The translations under genes were made by a program, and so were the position numbers. A stretch of 32,000 bases of DNA from Microbacterium phage Mercedes. Of this stretch, positions 1 to 9,479 are shown piece by piece. The stretch lies in the sequence record MT498063.1; one strand, written 5' to 3'. Below the pieces are notes generated by a model that saw only the letters and a program-made list of their open reading frames with translations, was not told the DNA's origin and searched no databases. Within the stretch, counting starts at the first letter, position 1. Each line of letters begins with the position of its first letter.

Positions 1-111
1 CAGGGCGAAATGGCCGCTCTCAAGCCCTCGGAGCCGCTCGCGGACGGCCAGGGCAAGGCCACACAGACCGAGGGGGCCAACACCGGCACCCAGGAGAAGG
101 AAGGAAAGTAA
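1..111 (+). CDS. C-terminal end of an upstream protein (partial), ...QGEMAALKPSEPLADGQGKATQTEGANTGTQEKEGK*
   Basis: Open frame from base 1 to TAA at 109-111, directly before the next start at 114. Confidence 0.7.
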   Translation, partial: QGEMAALKPSEPLADGQGKATQTEGANTGTQEKEGK

Positions 112-113
112 TC

Positions 114-608
114 ATGACTCTCGTGCAGTGGAACCCCTCGACTCAGGTCAGCCGAGGCAACGTGGCGGTCGGCGTTTCGCCGGCGATCGCGGACATCAAC
201 GATCCGGCCCTCGCCGAGATCACCAGCGGCATCGGTCTCGACTGCGCCATCCAGACGCAGAACGGCACCAGCTCCAGCGACAGCGAGTCCATCGACTGGC
301 TGTGCGACCCGGCCAGCGAGCAGCTCCCGGGCAGCACCACGCACGCCATGGATGACCTCATCATCAAGACCACCGGCCAGGACGACGACGACCTCGTGGC
401 GGCGCTCAACATCGGCGACGTCGTGTACCTCTGGCGTCGTGACGGCATGCCGCACAGCACCGCCCCGGCCACCGGCCAGAAGGTCTGGGTCTGGAAGGTC
501 ATCATCACCTCGATCGACCCGGTCGAGGCCAACAACGTGTTCGTCGGCATCGTCGCACACATCACCGTCGTGGCTCGTTCGGCCACGGCCGTCGCAATCA
601 GCGCCTGA
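114..608 (+). CDS. major tail (tube) protein-like
   Basis: 164 aa ORF; position immediately upstream of tail assembly chaperones and tape measure; composition typical of tail tube proteins. Confidence 0.7.
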   Translation: MTLVQWNPSTQVSRGNVAVGVSPAIADINDPALAEITSGIGLDCAIQTQNGTSSSDSESIDWLCDPASEQLPGSTTHAMDDLIIKTTGQDDDDLVAALNIGDVVYLWRRDGMPHSTAPATGQKVWVWKVIITSIDPVEANNVFVGIVAHITVVARSATAVAISA

Positions 609-636
609 CCAGCGCCCAAGTCAAGGAGACATCGAA

Positions 637-1209
637 ATGGTATTCGCAACGTATGAAGAGCTGGCGGCTGCGGTCGAGAAGCGCCGCGCTGAGATCCTGA
701 CCCTGGAGGTCGACCTCGGCACGGACTACTCCCCGGAGTACGAGCAGGCGAAGCAGGAACTCGCACAGGCCAAGGCCATGAAGATGGCTACGGGCGGCGG
801 CTTCCTGGGTGACCCGGTCGCGGCTCTTGAGGAACGTGTGGCCAGCCTCAAGCCCGAGGCCCAGACCATCTGGATCCAGTTCTCGAAGCTGCCGCTCGGT
901 GAGTGGCGCTCCCTGCTCAAGGCTGCGGGCGCTGACGCGTTCGATCAGTACGAGCGGGTGCTGGGCAAGACGTTCCAGGGTGTGTTCGGCCAGGACCCGG
1001 TGAAGCCGGATGACTGGGACGAGAACCACCCCGATGAGGAGTGGGTGAAGCCCCAGCCCCTCATCACCGAATCCCGTGCGGTGTCCTCCAAAAACGACGA
1101 AGGAATTCTGCCTGGCGGGTCTCTGGGATCGGTCGTCCAGAGCTTCATCACCTGGCAGAACTCGGGGGGCGATGTCAACATCCGCCCTACGAAGTCGGGC
1201 CGCGCCTAG
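637..1209 (+). CDS. tail assembly chaperone (short product, G-like)
   Basis: ATG at 637 after AAGGAGA; in frame with track ORF 352..1209; followed by overlapping -1 frame ORF and tape measure gene. Confidence 0.85.
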   Translation: MVFATYEELAAAVEKRRAEILTLEVDLGTDYSPEYEQAKQELAQAKAMKMATGGGFLGDPVAALEERVASLKPEAQTIWIQFSKLPLGEWRSLLKAAGADAFDQYERVLGKTFQGVFGQDPVKPDDWDENHPDEEWVKPQPLITESRAVSSKNDEGILPGGSLGSVVQSFITWQNSGGDVNIRPTKSGRA

Positions 1210-1598
1210 GACTTCTCCTAGACATGGCCCTGGTGTCGGGGCGGTCCCCGGTTCGCCTCCTTGACGAGGGCAGCCCCGACACCTGGTCTGAACTGGATCT
1301 GGAAGTTGTCAGCCAGTGGAAGTACCTCAAGGATGCCAGGTGTCAGGGTTGCGGTCGCCCGCTATCCCAGCACCTCCACAACTCCAGACTAGGTAGAGAA
1401 GAAACCGTCGAGGACTACACCGCATGGTCCATGGAGTGCCCCGCCCAACAGGCTATCGCCCAAGGCCAGCACCAGTGGAATATCATGCACAAACCCGAGA
1501 TCGAAGCTCACGGCAAGGGCAACGGCCCTGACCCGAAGATGGGCACCTTCTGGCTCAGCCAGCGTGAAGGTGAAATTCTACCGCAACCCGAGAAGTAG
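637..1598 (+). CDS. tail assembly chaperone, -1 frameshift product (GT-like), join(637..1170,1170..1598), about 320 aa
   Basis: Slippery heptamer G_GGG_GGC at 1164-1170 in the 0 frame; the -1 frame continues as GRCQHPPYEVGPRLGLLLDMALVSG... to a stop at 1598 (track ORF 1041..1598). Confidence 0.85.
1164..1170 (+). promoter_or_regulatory. programmed -1 ribosomal frameshift site (GGGGGGC)
   Basis: Zero-frame phasing ...AAC TCG GGG GGC GAT; the X_XXY_YYZ pattern joins the two frames exactly. Confidence 0.85.
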
Positions 1599-1618
1599 CC
1601 AGAGGAAAGGAGCACAGC

Positions 1619-4060
1619 ATGGCCGATAACGATGTCAAGATCAAGGTCTCGATGGACGGCGACAAGGTCGTCATCGGAGGCCTTACCGGCATCGGCACCG
1701 CTGCTGGCGAAGCTGACTCCAAGACCTCCAAGTTCGGCTCAGGCCTGAAGGGCGTCGGTACGGCGCTCGTAGGGTTCGCCGGCGCGGCTGCTGCGGCAGG
1801 CGGAGCCCTGGTGGGGGCTGTCACGAACTCCTATGCATCTGCTGAGCAGAGCGTGGGCGGTATCGAGACGCTCTTCAAGGGCTCCGCCGACCGCATGAAG
1901 ACGTACGCCGCTGACGCGTACAAGACGGCTGGCCTGTCAGCGAACGAGTACATGGAGCAGGCCACCAGCATGTCGGCCTCGCTCATCCAATCGGTGGGTG
2001 GCGACACGGCCAAGGCGGCCGAGCTGGCCAACACGGCGCTCATCTCGATGTCGGATAACGCCAACAAGATGGGCACCGACCTGACGTCCATCCAGAATGC
2101 TTTCGGTGGGTTCGCCAAGGGCAACTTCACCATGCTGGACAACCTGAAGCTCGGGTATGGCGGCACCCAGGAAGAGATGGCCCGCCTGCTGGCGGATGCC
2201 GAGAAGCTGCCCAGCGCGATGGGCCAGAAGTTCGATATGTCGAACTACGGTGATGTCGTCACGGCCATCCAGCTCATCCAGGAAGAGATGGGCATCGCAG
2301 GCACCACGGCGCTGGAGGCCAACTCCACCATCTCGGGTTCCGTCGCCGGCCTCAAGGGCGCGTTTGACAACCTGCTGGTGTCGATGGGTTCGGCCAACAA
2401 TGAATCCCTCGCCTTCCTCGACGTGCAGGAGCAGGCAGCCAACGTCGTATCCCAGCTCGAGATCGTCATCGGTAACATCACCCCGGTCATCGAGTCGATC
2501 GGCTCGAGCATGGGTACCCTCGGGCCTCAGCTCGGTACCATGATGGGCACTCTGGTCGAAGCGGTGGCGGCTGCCATCCCGGCCATCCTCGACGCTGGTG
2601 TGGCCTTGGTGGGCGGACTGCTCACCGGCATCAGCACCGCACTCCCCACGCTCATCACCGCTCTGGTACCCGGCGTCATCGGGCTGGTCAACACTCTTTC
2701 CGGGCTGCTGCCGCTGCTGGTGGCTGCGGGCGCTGAAGCTGTCGTGGCTCTGGTCACTGGCCTGGCCACCGCCGCTCCCCAGATCATCCCGGCCCTGACG
2801 GAAGCCGTTCTGGGCATGGTTCAGGAACTCATCAATGCCGCACCCGCACTCATCGAGGCGGGTCTTCAGCTGATGGATGGGCTCTTCCAGGGCATCATGC
2901 AGGCGCTCCCCATCATCATCGAGTCGCTGCCCTATCTGATCGAGGGCATCGTCACGTTCATCACCACCTCCATCCCGATGATCCTGGAGGCTGGTGTTCA
3001 GCTGTTCATGGGGCTGGTGCAGGCGCTTCCCGAAGTGATCACCCAGATCGTGGCAGTGCTGCCCGGTATGATCACCAGCATCATCGAGGCCATCGTTTCG
3101 CTCATTCCCATGATCGTGCAGGCAGGCGTTCAGCTGCTCACCGCGCTGGTGCAGAACCTGCCCATCATCATCCAGACCATCGTCACCGCCATCCCGCAGA
3201 TCATCAGCTCGGTGCTGACCGCTGTGCTGGGCGCTATTCCGCAGATCATCCAGGGTGGTATCCAGCTCTTCATCGCGCTGATCGGTGCCCTGCCCCAGAT
3301 CATCACCACCATCGTGGCAGCCATCCCCCAGATCATCACTGGCGTTATCGGCGCCGTGGTGGGTGCCATCCCGCAGATCATCAGTGCTGGTGTGCAGCTC
3401 CTCATCGCCCTGGTGCAGAACATGCCCGCCATCCTCAGTGGCATCGTACAGGCCATCCCTCAGATCATCACGGGCATCGTTGACGCCATCGTCAAGGCGG
3501 TCCCCGAGCTGGCCGATGCCGGTCTTCAGCTCATCAAGGGTCTCTGGAACGGCATCAGTGATGCGGCTGGCTGGCTGATGGACAAGATCGGTGGCTTCGT
3601 CGATGACGTGGTGGGTAACATCAAGGACTTCTTCGGTATCGCGTCGCCGTCCCGCCGCCTGAAGTTCGAAGTCGGTGTCCAGCTGCCTGCCGGTGTGGGT
3701 GCCGGTGTCGAGCAGAACGAGGAAGCCGCGCTGCGGCCCATCCGAGACCTGAACGCCAAGATGATGGATGAGGCGGCGGCCTTCAACGGAACCATCGCCT
3801 TCACCCACGACGCCACGCTCACCCAGACAATGGTACCGATGGCAGCTACCCCCCAGATGCCCGCCAACGTCAGCATCGAGGCCACACTGGACCCGAGCCT
3901 GGTGGGCGCTGCCGTGGCAGAAGCCTTCAGCTCCAATGAGCAGGGCCGCGAGCAGGCGGCCGTGACCCTCGACCGTTCTTCCATCAGCACCCTTGCAGGT
4001 GCAATCGTCGACGCCATGCGCGTTCAGTCTCGTCAGGGAGGTGTGACCGGTGGCTTCTAA
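1619..4060 (+). CDS. tape measure protein
   Basis: Long ORF (813 aa) after the chaperones; Gly/Ala-rich N-terminus and about 44-aa hydrophobic repeats (IPQII...AGVQLLIALVQ). Confidence 0.95.
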   Translation: MADNDVKIKVSMDGDKVVIGGLTGIGTAAGEADSKTSKFGSGLKGVGTALVGFAGAAAAAGGALVGAVTNSYASAEQSVGGIETLFKGSADRMKTYAADAYKTAGLSANEYMEQATSMSASLIQSVGGDTAKAAELANTALISMSDNANKMGTDLTSIQNAFGGFAKGNFTMLDNLKLGYGGTQEEMARLLADAEKLPSAMGQKFDMSNYGDVVTAIQLIQEEMGIAGTTALEANSTISGSVAGLKGAFDNLLVSMGSANNESLAFLDVQEQAANVVSQLEIVIGNITPVIESIGSSMGTLGPQLGTMMGTLVEAVAAAIPAILDAGVALVGGLLTGISTALPTLITALVPGVIGLVNTLSGLLPLLVAAGAEAVVALVTGLATAAPQIIPALTEAVLGMVQELINAAPALIEAGLQLMDGLFQGIMQALPIIIESLPYLIEGIVTFITTSIPMILEAGVQLFMGLVQALPEVITQIVAVLPGMITSIIEAIVSLIPMIVQAGVQLLTALVQNLPIIIQTIVTAIPQIISSVLTAVLGAIPQIIQGGIQLFIALIGALPQIITTIVAAIPQIITGVIGAVVGAIPQIISAGVQLLIALVQNMPAILSGIVQAIPQIITGIVDAIVKAVPELADAGLQLIKGLWNGISDAAGWLMDKIGGFVDDVVGNIKDFFGIASPSRRLKFEVGVQLPAGVGAGVEQNEEAALRPIRDLNAKMMDEAAAFNGTIAFTHDATLTQTMVPMAATPQMPANVSIEATLDPSLVGAAVAEAFSSNEQGREQAAVTLDRSSISTLAGAIVDAMRVQSRQGGVTGGF

Positions 4061-6275
4061 CGCAGTCAACATCGGGGCAGCAGGTCAGCTGTACATCGAG
4101 GCCAATGTCATCGGCATTGAGCCGTGGAACAACCGCTCGCTCGTGTCGTGGGCATTCTACCTGCGTGAGCGTGTCAGCTCCGGGTCGACCTGGATCGGCA
4201 GCCCGGTATCGGCCGGTGTCACCACTCCTGGCTTCGGCCTCTGGAACGGTGGCTTCACGTTCGACTGGCGGCCTGGCGGTCTCCAGAACACCCTGATCGC
4301 TTCGGGTACCTTCTGGGCGGGGCACAACGCCGACGGCTACGGCTCCACCATTGTCGCCGGCTCGATCGGCAACACTGGCACCAGCGGCGCGGGTGGCCCT
4401 GGCAGCGTCGATGTCTTCCTCGACCTGGGCCGTCTGCAGGTCGCGCCTGGTGCGGTGCAGGGTCCCACGGCGACGTACATCTCTGACACCCAGGTGCAGG
4501 TGAACTGGACCAACACGGGCGCGTCCAACGGGCAGCCCGACCGGAACCAGATCTACAAGTCCGTCAACGGTTCGGGCTGGCAGCTCGTGGCTGACATCCA
4601 GGCTACCAACTCGGCTGTCGTTTCGGTCAACCCGAACGAAGCTGTGTACTTCACGGTCAACGCATCCAACGGCTCGGGCACGGGGTACGGCGGCGTTTCC
4701 CAGACCATCTACACGACTCCGGGCGCACCGACGAATGGTGTGGCCACGAAGAACACTGCGCTTGACATCGTACTCACCTTCGACGAGAACGTGGCGTACA
4801 GTGAGTACAATCATGAAATCCAGCACGGCGTCGTAGCTGGCGGTGTCACGACCTGGGACGCAGGCATCCTGGCCACACTGCCCTCGGGAACGCTGACGTA
4901 CACTCACGCCGCACCGAACGCCAGCCAGGTTCACGTCTACCGCATCCGGGCCAAGGCTGGCGATCGTACATCGGCATGGCTCCAGACGAACTCCGTCCAG
5001 CTGCTGGTGGCGCCGAACAAGCCGACCCTCCCGGCCATGCCTGCGTTCGCCGACCGTGCGCTGGCCCTCGACTTCGAGTGGGTTCACAACTCGGTTGACA
5101 CCACCCCCCAGAAGGCGTACGAGTTCGCGTACTCGACCAACGGCGGCACCAACTGGACCAGCACCGGCAAGATCAACTCTGCTGTGATGAAGCGCACGAT
5201 GCCTGCTAACGCCTACGCATCGGGCACGGCGCTCACGACGCGCGTACGCACCTGGGGTTCGGCCACCACGGGCGGCAGCGACGGTACCGGCGCTTCGCCG
5301 TGGTCCGACCTGCGCACTGTCACCTACAAGACAGCACCTGTCGCCACGATCACGTCGCCGGCGACAGGCGGCACCATCAACGACGCCACCGTCCGGGTCA
5401 CGCTGGGCTTCACCCAGGCCGAGGGCGCTACGTTCGTCAAGGCTCAGCTCGAGCTGTCGCAGGGCGGCACGCTGCTCGAGACGCTTGAGTCCACCATCCT
5501 GGCTGGCATCGCGCTGAACACCCAGGCCCAGAACGGCCTCAGCTACACCGTGCGCGCTCGGGTTCAGGACTCCAACGGCCTCTGGTCGAGCTGGAAGACC
5601 AGCACCTTCAATGTCACCTACCTGGCACCGGTCCCGGCCGGTGTCGTGGTGTCGTTCCTCCCGGACAGCGGGTACGGCCAGGTCGACCTCACAATCCCGG
5701 CCCCGGCATCAGGCCAGTCGGCAGCCGCCACGGTCACTGTCACGCGCAAGATCAGCGGTGTGGAGGAGGTGCTGGTGGCCAACTACCCGGTGTCGGCCAG
5801 CCTGTCGTTCCTGGACACCCTGCCCACTACGCACGGCGTCAACACCTACACCGTCACGACCACCAGCGCGCTCGGTGCCAAGACTACCGTCGTGAAGGAC
5901 CTGGTGACCGAGGAGTGCCGCCGCGCCTACTTGTCCAAGGGTGCGTCGTACACTGCGGTTGTCGTCTTCGGTGGCAACCTGGCCGTCGATCAGTCGCTCA
6001 GTGTGGCCAGCTCCACGGTCGAGGCGGCGGGGCGCACCAAGCCCATCGGCCTGTACGGTGTCGAGACGGCGGTGCAGCTCAAGGTCAAGTCGTTCATTCA
6101 CCCGCGTGAGGGCTTCAGCAGTGTCGAGCAGATCCGCACCATGCTCCTCACTCCCGGGAAGGCCTGCTACCGCGACCCGTCCGGCCGGCGAATCTTCGGC
6201 ACCGTCAAGGGCTCCCTGGCCCAGAAGCGTACTGACCAGGCTGACCTCGCCTTCACCCTCGTCGAAACGAGCTGA
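4050..6275 (+). CDS. minor tail protein with fibronectin type III-like repeats
   Basis: 741 aa, GTG start overlapping the tape measure end; beta-rich Fn3-like segments (GPTATYISDTQVQVNWTNTGASNGQPDRNQIYKSVNG...). Confidence 0.8.
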   Translation: MASNAVNIGAAGQLYIEANVIGIEPWNNRSLVSWAFYLRERVSSGSTWIGSPVSAGVTTPGFGLWNGGFTFDWRPGGLQNTLIASGTFWAGHNADGYGSTIVAGSIGNTGTSGAGGPGSVDVFLDLGRLQVAPGAVQGPTATYISDTQVQVNWTNTGASNGQPDRNQIYKSVNGSGWQLVADIQATNSAVVSVNPNEAVYFTVNASNGSGTGYGGVSQTIYTTPGAPTNGVATKNTALDIVLTFDENVAYSEYNHEIQHGVVAGGVTTWDAGILATLPSGTLTYTHAAPNASQVHVYRIRAKAGDRTSAWLQTNSVQLLVAPNKPTLPAMPAFADRALALDFEWVHNSVDTTPQKAYEFAYSTNGGTNWTSTGKINSAVMKRTMPANAYASGTALTTRVRTWGSATTGGSDGTGASPWSDLRTVTYKTAPVATITSPATGGTINDATVRVTLGFTQAEGATFVKAQLELSQGGTLLETLESTILAGIALNTQAQNGLSYTVRARVQDSNGLWSSWKTSTFNVTYLAPVPAGVVVSFLPDSGYGQVDLTIPAPASGQSAAATVTVTRKISGVEEVLVANYPVSASLSFLDTLPTTHGVNTYTVTTTSALGAKTTVVKDLVTEECRRAYLSKGASYTAVVVFGGNLAVDQSLSVASSTVEAAGRTKPIGLYGVETAVQLKVKSFIHPREGFSSVEQIRTMLLTPGKACYRDPSGRRIFGTVKGSLAQKRTDQADLAFTLVETS

Positions 6276-6277
6276 CA

Positions 6278-7450
6278 ATGGCTATCATTCCTGTTCGCTC
6301 CGTATCCACTCAGGAAGTGCTGTACGGGGACCGCGTCACGTCCTACCGCTGGGAGGTGCTCGAGCACTCCAACGGCGTCGATCAGCTGGTGGGCACCCTG
6401 GATGGTGTGGCCGACGGTCGACTCACCTGGACCCAGAACGCGGCTGTCAAGGGTGGTGGCAAGGCTGAGGTCGTTGACCTGGCCGCTTCCGACACTGCTC
6501 CGGGCATGCTGCGCATCGGCAACCTGAAGCTGGAGTCCGCCCGGCTGCGCCCTGTGTGCGTCGTGCAGGGCCTCCCGGAGAACCCCCTGGGTGTCTTCTT
6601 GGTGTCGGCAGCGAAGGAGGAGTGGGAGGCTACCGGTCGCGTCTGGCAGCTTGAGCTTCTGGACAAGTGTACCGTCCCCCAGCAGGACCAGGTCGACCAG
6701 TCGTACGCGGTGGCTGCTGGCACGCTCATCCTTCAGCAGGTGAAGATCATCCTGGCGTCGTGCGGTGAGTACATCGCCATCGACAACTCCAGCACCCTGG
6801 CCACATCGAGCGGGATGGTGTGGGAGGCGGGCACGAGCAAGCTGAAGATCATCAACGATCTGCTCGAAGTGGCTGGCTACAACTCCCTCTGGATGGACGG
6901 CTACGGCAACTTCCAGCTGACGCCCCGCGTGCTGCCCGCCAACCGCTCGCTCACCTACGACGTGCTCGGAATCCCCCGTGAGCTGCGTGACGGTTCCCAG
7001 TCCATCTACACCCCTGACTGGAACCGTGACAAGGACAGCTTCGACGTCCCGAACAAGGTCGTGGCGGTGCAGGCTGCCGGGGGCGACGACGCTGCTGCCC
7101 TGGTGGGCCAGTGGACCAATGAGGATGCGAGCAGCCCGTACAGCTACCAGCAGCGGGGCGGGCGCTGGCTGACCCACACCCTGGACTCGGTGGAGGTCCC
7201 CGAGGGCACCGACGCTGAGGTGGTCGCCTTCCTGCAGAACCGCGCCCGCGCCACGCTTATCCAGATGTCTGCCGTGCAGGCTACTGTCAAGCTCGAGCAC
7301 TTGCCCATCCCCGTCCGGGTGGGCGATGTGGTTCGGTTCGCGAACTCCAAGGCGGGCATCGACGGCAGGCACGTCATCACTCGACTCCAGCTCGACACCC
7401 ATCCGCTCGGGATGATGTCCTCTACTCTCCAGGAGGTGGTCTCGCTGTGA
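6278..7450 (+). CDS. minor tail protein (siphovirus ReqiPepy6 Gp37-like family)
   Basis: 390 aa; ...LLDKCTVPQQDQVDQSYAVAAGTLILQQVKIILASCG... and GDVVRFANSKAGIDGRHVITRLQLDTHPLGMMSSTLQEVV are typical of this family. Confidence 0.75.
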   Translation: MAIIPVRSVSTQEVLYGDRVTSYRWEVLEHSNGVDQLVGTLDGVADGRLTWTQNAAVKGGGKAEVVDLAASDTAPGMLRIGNLKLESARLRPVCVVQGLPENPLGVFLVSAAKEEWEATGRVWQLELLDKCTVPQQDQVDQSYAVAAGTLILQQVKIILASCGEYIAIDNSSTLATSSGMVWEAGTSKLKIINDLLEVAGYNSLWMDGYGNFQLTPRVLPANRSLTYDVLGIPRELRDGSQSIYTPDWNRDKDSFDVPNKVVAVQAAGGDDAAALVGQWTNEDASSPYSYQQRGGRWLTHTLDSVEVPEGTDAEVVAFLQNRARATLIQMSAVQATVKLEHLPIPVRVGDVVRFANSKAGIDGRHVITRLQLDTHPLGMMSSTLQEVVSL

Positions 7451-8307
7451 CCATCAACGATCTCCGCGACATCACGTCGTTCAAGTGGGCCACGGTAACG
7501 GCCAGCTACCCCGACCCCCTGGCTATCAAGCTCGATGGGGACACCGCCGCCCTGGCCCTCATCCCGGACAGCATCGTGGACCCCCGCGACCTGTACGTCG
7601 GCGACCGGGTTCGGGTGGAGCTGTCGCTCCGCAAGGTGGTCGTTCACGGCAAGGCCAACTCCGCACTCCGGGGCACCACGGCACAGCGTGACGCACGCTT
7701 CGCTTCGCCGGCCACGGACGCGGCTCGTGTGGCCTTGGCGAATCGTCAGGTGCAGTGGTTCAACACCGTCAAGGGCTACACTGAGTCCTATTTCGCACCG
7801 GCCACCCTGGCGGGCATGGCTGTCCCTGGCCTGGCGGCTGGACACGCTGCGGGGTGGTACCCTGTCGCCGGTTCTCACCTCACCGCCACTCGTGTCAAGA
7901 ATAACGGGTTCCAGTCTGTTGCCGGTGGTGCTCTGGTGGCCCCCACTCTGACCGTCACGCTGACCAATAGAGGTGGCTTCGGCACGCCTGGCACGTCCGA
8001 CATCGTGCCGCCTGTGGGTGGCTACTACGACGTGATCGGCGGCGTGTACTGGTCAGGCGGTGGCGCTATGGGCTACCGGACCACCATCGTTCGCTTCGGT
8101 GGCGGCGGTGTCGACATCACCAGTGCCCGCATGTACGGCTCCGGCTCTGACGGCCAGCTCATCGCTCCTGCTGACAGCGTTCTGCTGCTGCCCAGCCAGT
8201 CGGTCGAGCTCGTTTCCCAGACAGCCGCCGCTGACAATATGTACGGCGACGGTAACACCCGACGCACCTTCATCAGCCTCACTTACGCAGGACCCCCTCT
8301 GGCATAG
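7447..8307 (+). CDS. minor tail protein
   Basis: 286 aa, GTG start with GTGA overlap; begins with a short OB/baseplate-like segment then a beta-rich tail; sits in the tail operon. Confidence 0.6.
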   Translation: MTINDLRDITSFKWATVTASYPDPLAIKLDGDTAALALIPDSIVDPRDLYVGDRVRVELSLRKVVVHGKANSALRGTTAQRDARFASPATDAARVALANRQVQWFNTVKGYTESYFAPATLAGMAVPGLAAGHAAGWYPVAGSHLTATRVKNNGFQSVAGGALVAPTLTVTLTNRGGFGTPGTSDIVPPVGGYYDVIGGVYWSGGGAMGYRTTIVRFGGGGVDITSARMYGSGSDGQLIAPADSVLLLPSQSVELVSQTAAADNMYGDGNTRRTFISLTYAGPPLA

Positions 8308-8316
8308 GAGCACATC

Positions 8317-8475
8317 ATGAACTGGATTTGCAGCTACCGCTTTCAGCACCAGAACGAGCCGATCATCGAAGTCGACGGTGAGCGCTGGTGTTCGGCCTGC
8401 TACGCGATGATCGAGCCGGAGAAGGCTGCCATCGCCATGAAGGCACTCACGACCCAACCGAAGGAGGAGAAATGA
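8317..8475 (+). CDS. small hypothetical protein MNWICSYRFQHQNEPIIEVDGERWCSACYAMIEPEKAAIAMKALTTQPKEEK
   Basis: 52 codons with GGAG upstream at 8307-8310; not in the supplied ORF track because it is short. Confidence 0.6.
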   Translation: MNWICSYRFQHQNEPIIEVDGERWCSACYAMIEPEKAAIAMKALTTQPKEEK

Positions 8476-8543
8476 GCAATCCCACAGAGGACGACGGCAT
8501 CGGCACTGTGCCCTCGCCCATCGACGACAATGAGGAGGACTGA
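8472..8543 (+). CDS. micro-ORF MSNPTEDDGIGTVPSPIDDNEED
   Basis: ATGA overlap with the previous ORF, AAGGAGGAG directly upstream, acidic 23 aa product. Confidence 0.4.
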   Translation: MSNPTEDDGIGTVPSPIDDNEED

Positions 8544-8545
8544 GC

Positions 8546-9415
8546 ATGACCAGTGGCATCGCAGCAGCGAACACCATGCTCGCCTTCCGCACCTGGCGGG
8601 CAGGTTACTGTCTGGAGGCCGTGTGGCAGGCGTACAAGCGCAACGGCGCGAGCACCGGCCAGAGTGCCCCCACAGCGTACGACGGCTGGCTCAAGAGCGG
8701 CGGTAAGCATCCCGGCGATCGCAATCCGCCGGCTGGCGTACCTGTCTGGTTCGGCCCCAAGGCTTCCAGCCGTGCAGGTGACGTTGTCATCAGCCTCGGT
8801 GGTGGCCGCGTGGTCGCTACCGACTGGCCCCACAATGGGGTCATTGGCATCACGACCATCGACGCACGCCAGCGCCAGATCGGTCGGCCGTACCTGGGAT
8901 GGACCGAAGACATCCTGGGCGCACCCATCGACTTCGGTCAGCATTCCGGTGGTGGCAACCCTGCCCCCACCCCCGCACCCCCTACCAAGAAGGAGTACGA
9001 CACCATGATCCTCCACCGTGACAACGAGCGCGGCTCGGTCTTCTTCGTCGACGAGTTCGGCGCCGACCACCTCCTCGACTACGGCAGCGCCGACATCGCG
9101 TTCGGCGAGTACGTCACCGCGGCCCAGAAGGCGTGGGAGACGAAGGGTCTCTCGTCCCGCGAGTGGGACATCGTCAACGCCATCGCGAACCGCCGCTGGG
9201 CGGTCAAGCGTGCGGAGATCGTCAATGAGACGGTCGCCAAGCTGGTGCCCATCATCGAGAAGGGCCAGCAGGTCGCGCTTGACCCCGAGCTGATCAAGTC
9301 GGCCATCGCCGAGGCGCTTGACGGGGTGGAGGTTGACACCACCGTGGACGCCGCCACCATCGACAAGATCGCCAACTCGGTTCTCGACAAGCAGCACGAG
9401 CGCCTCGCTCAGTGA
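8546..9415 (+). CDS. endolysin (CHAP/NlpC-like cysteine peptidase N-domain, linker, C-terminal domain)
   Basis: 289 aa; YCLEAVWQAY (Cys) and PHNGVIGI (His) in the N-domain, Pro-rich linker GGGNPAPTPAPPTKK, followed by membrane protein/holin genes. Confidence 0.65.
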   Translation: MTSGIAAANTMLAFRTWRAGYCLEAVWQAYKRNGASTGQSAPTAYDGWLKSGGKHPGDRNPPAGVPVWFGPKASSRAGDVVISLGGGRVVATDWPHNGVIGITTIDARQRQIGRPYLGWTEDILGAPIDFGQHSGGGNPAPTPAPPTKKEYDTMILHRDNERGSVFFVDEFGADHLLDYGSADIAFGEYVTAAQKAWETKGLSSREWDIVNAIANRRWAVKRAEIVNETVAKLVPIIEKGQQVALDPELIKSAIAEALDGVEVDTTVDAATIDKIANSVLDKQHERLAQ

Positions 9416-9423
9416 GTACCTGG

Positions 9424-9454
9424 GGGGGCGGGCTGCTGCGTGTGGCCTGCCCCC
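9424..9454 (+). terminator. GC-rich hairpin between endolysin and lysis membrane genes (attenuator or terminator)
   Basis: GGGGGCGGGC (9424-9433) pairs with GCCTGCCCCC (9445-9454) with one G.T wobble, then TT. Confidence 0.4.
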
Positions 9455-9479
9455 TTCCGCCTCCACCCCAGGGAGAATC

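Noticed and set aside
1937-4072. 711-aa antisense ORF on the minus strand of the tape measure gene
   Set aside because: Mirror frame of a high-GC repetitive gene; Asp/His/Gly-rich low-complexity product, no SD or neighbours in that strand; the sense ORF has clear tape measure features.
3984-5087. Minus strand ORF of 367 aa (and 8447..9568, 6167..7402, 8053..8592)
   Set aside because: Antisense to tail and lysis genes, composition of a shadow frame, no ribosome binding site pattern.
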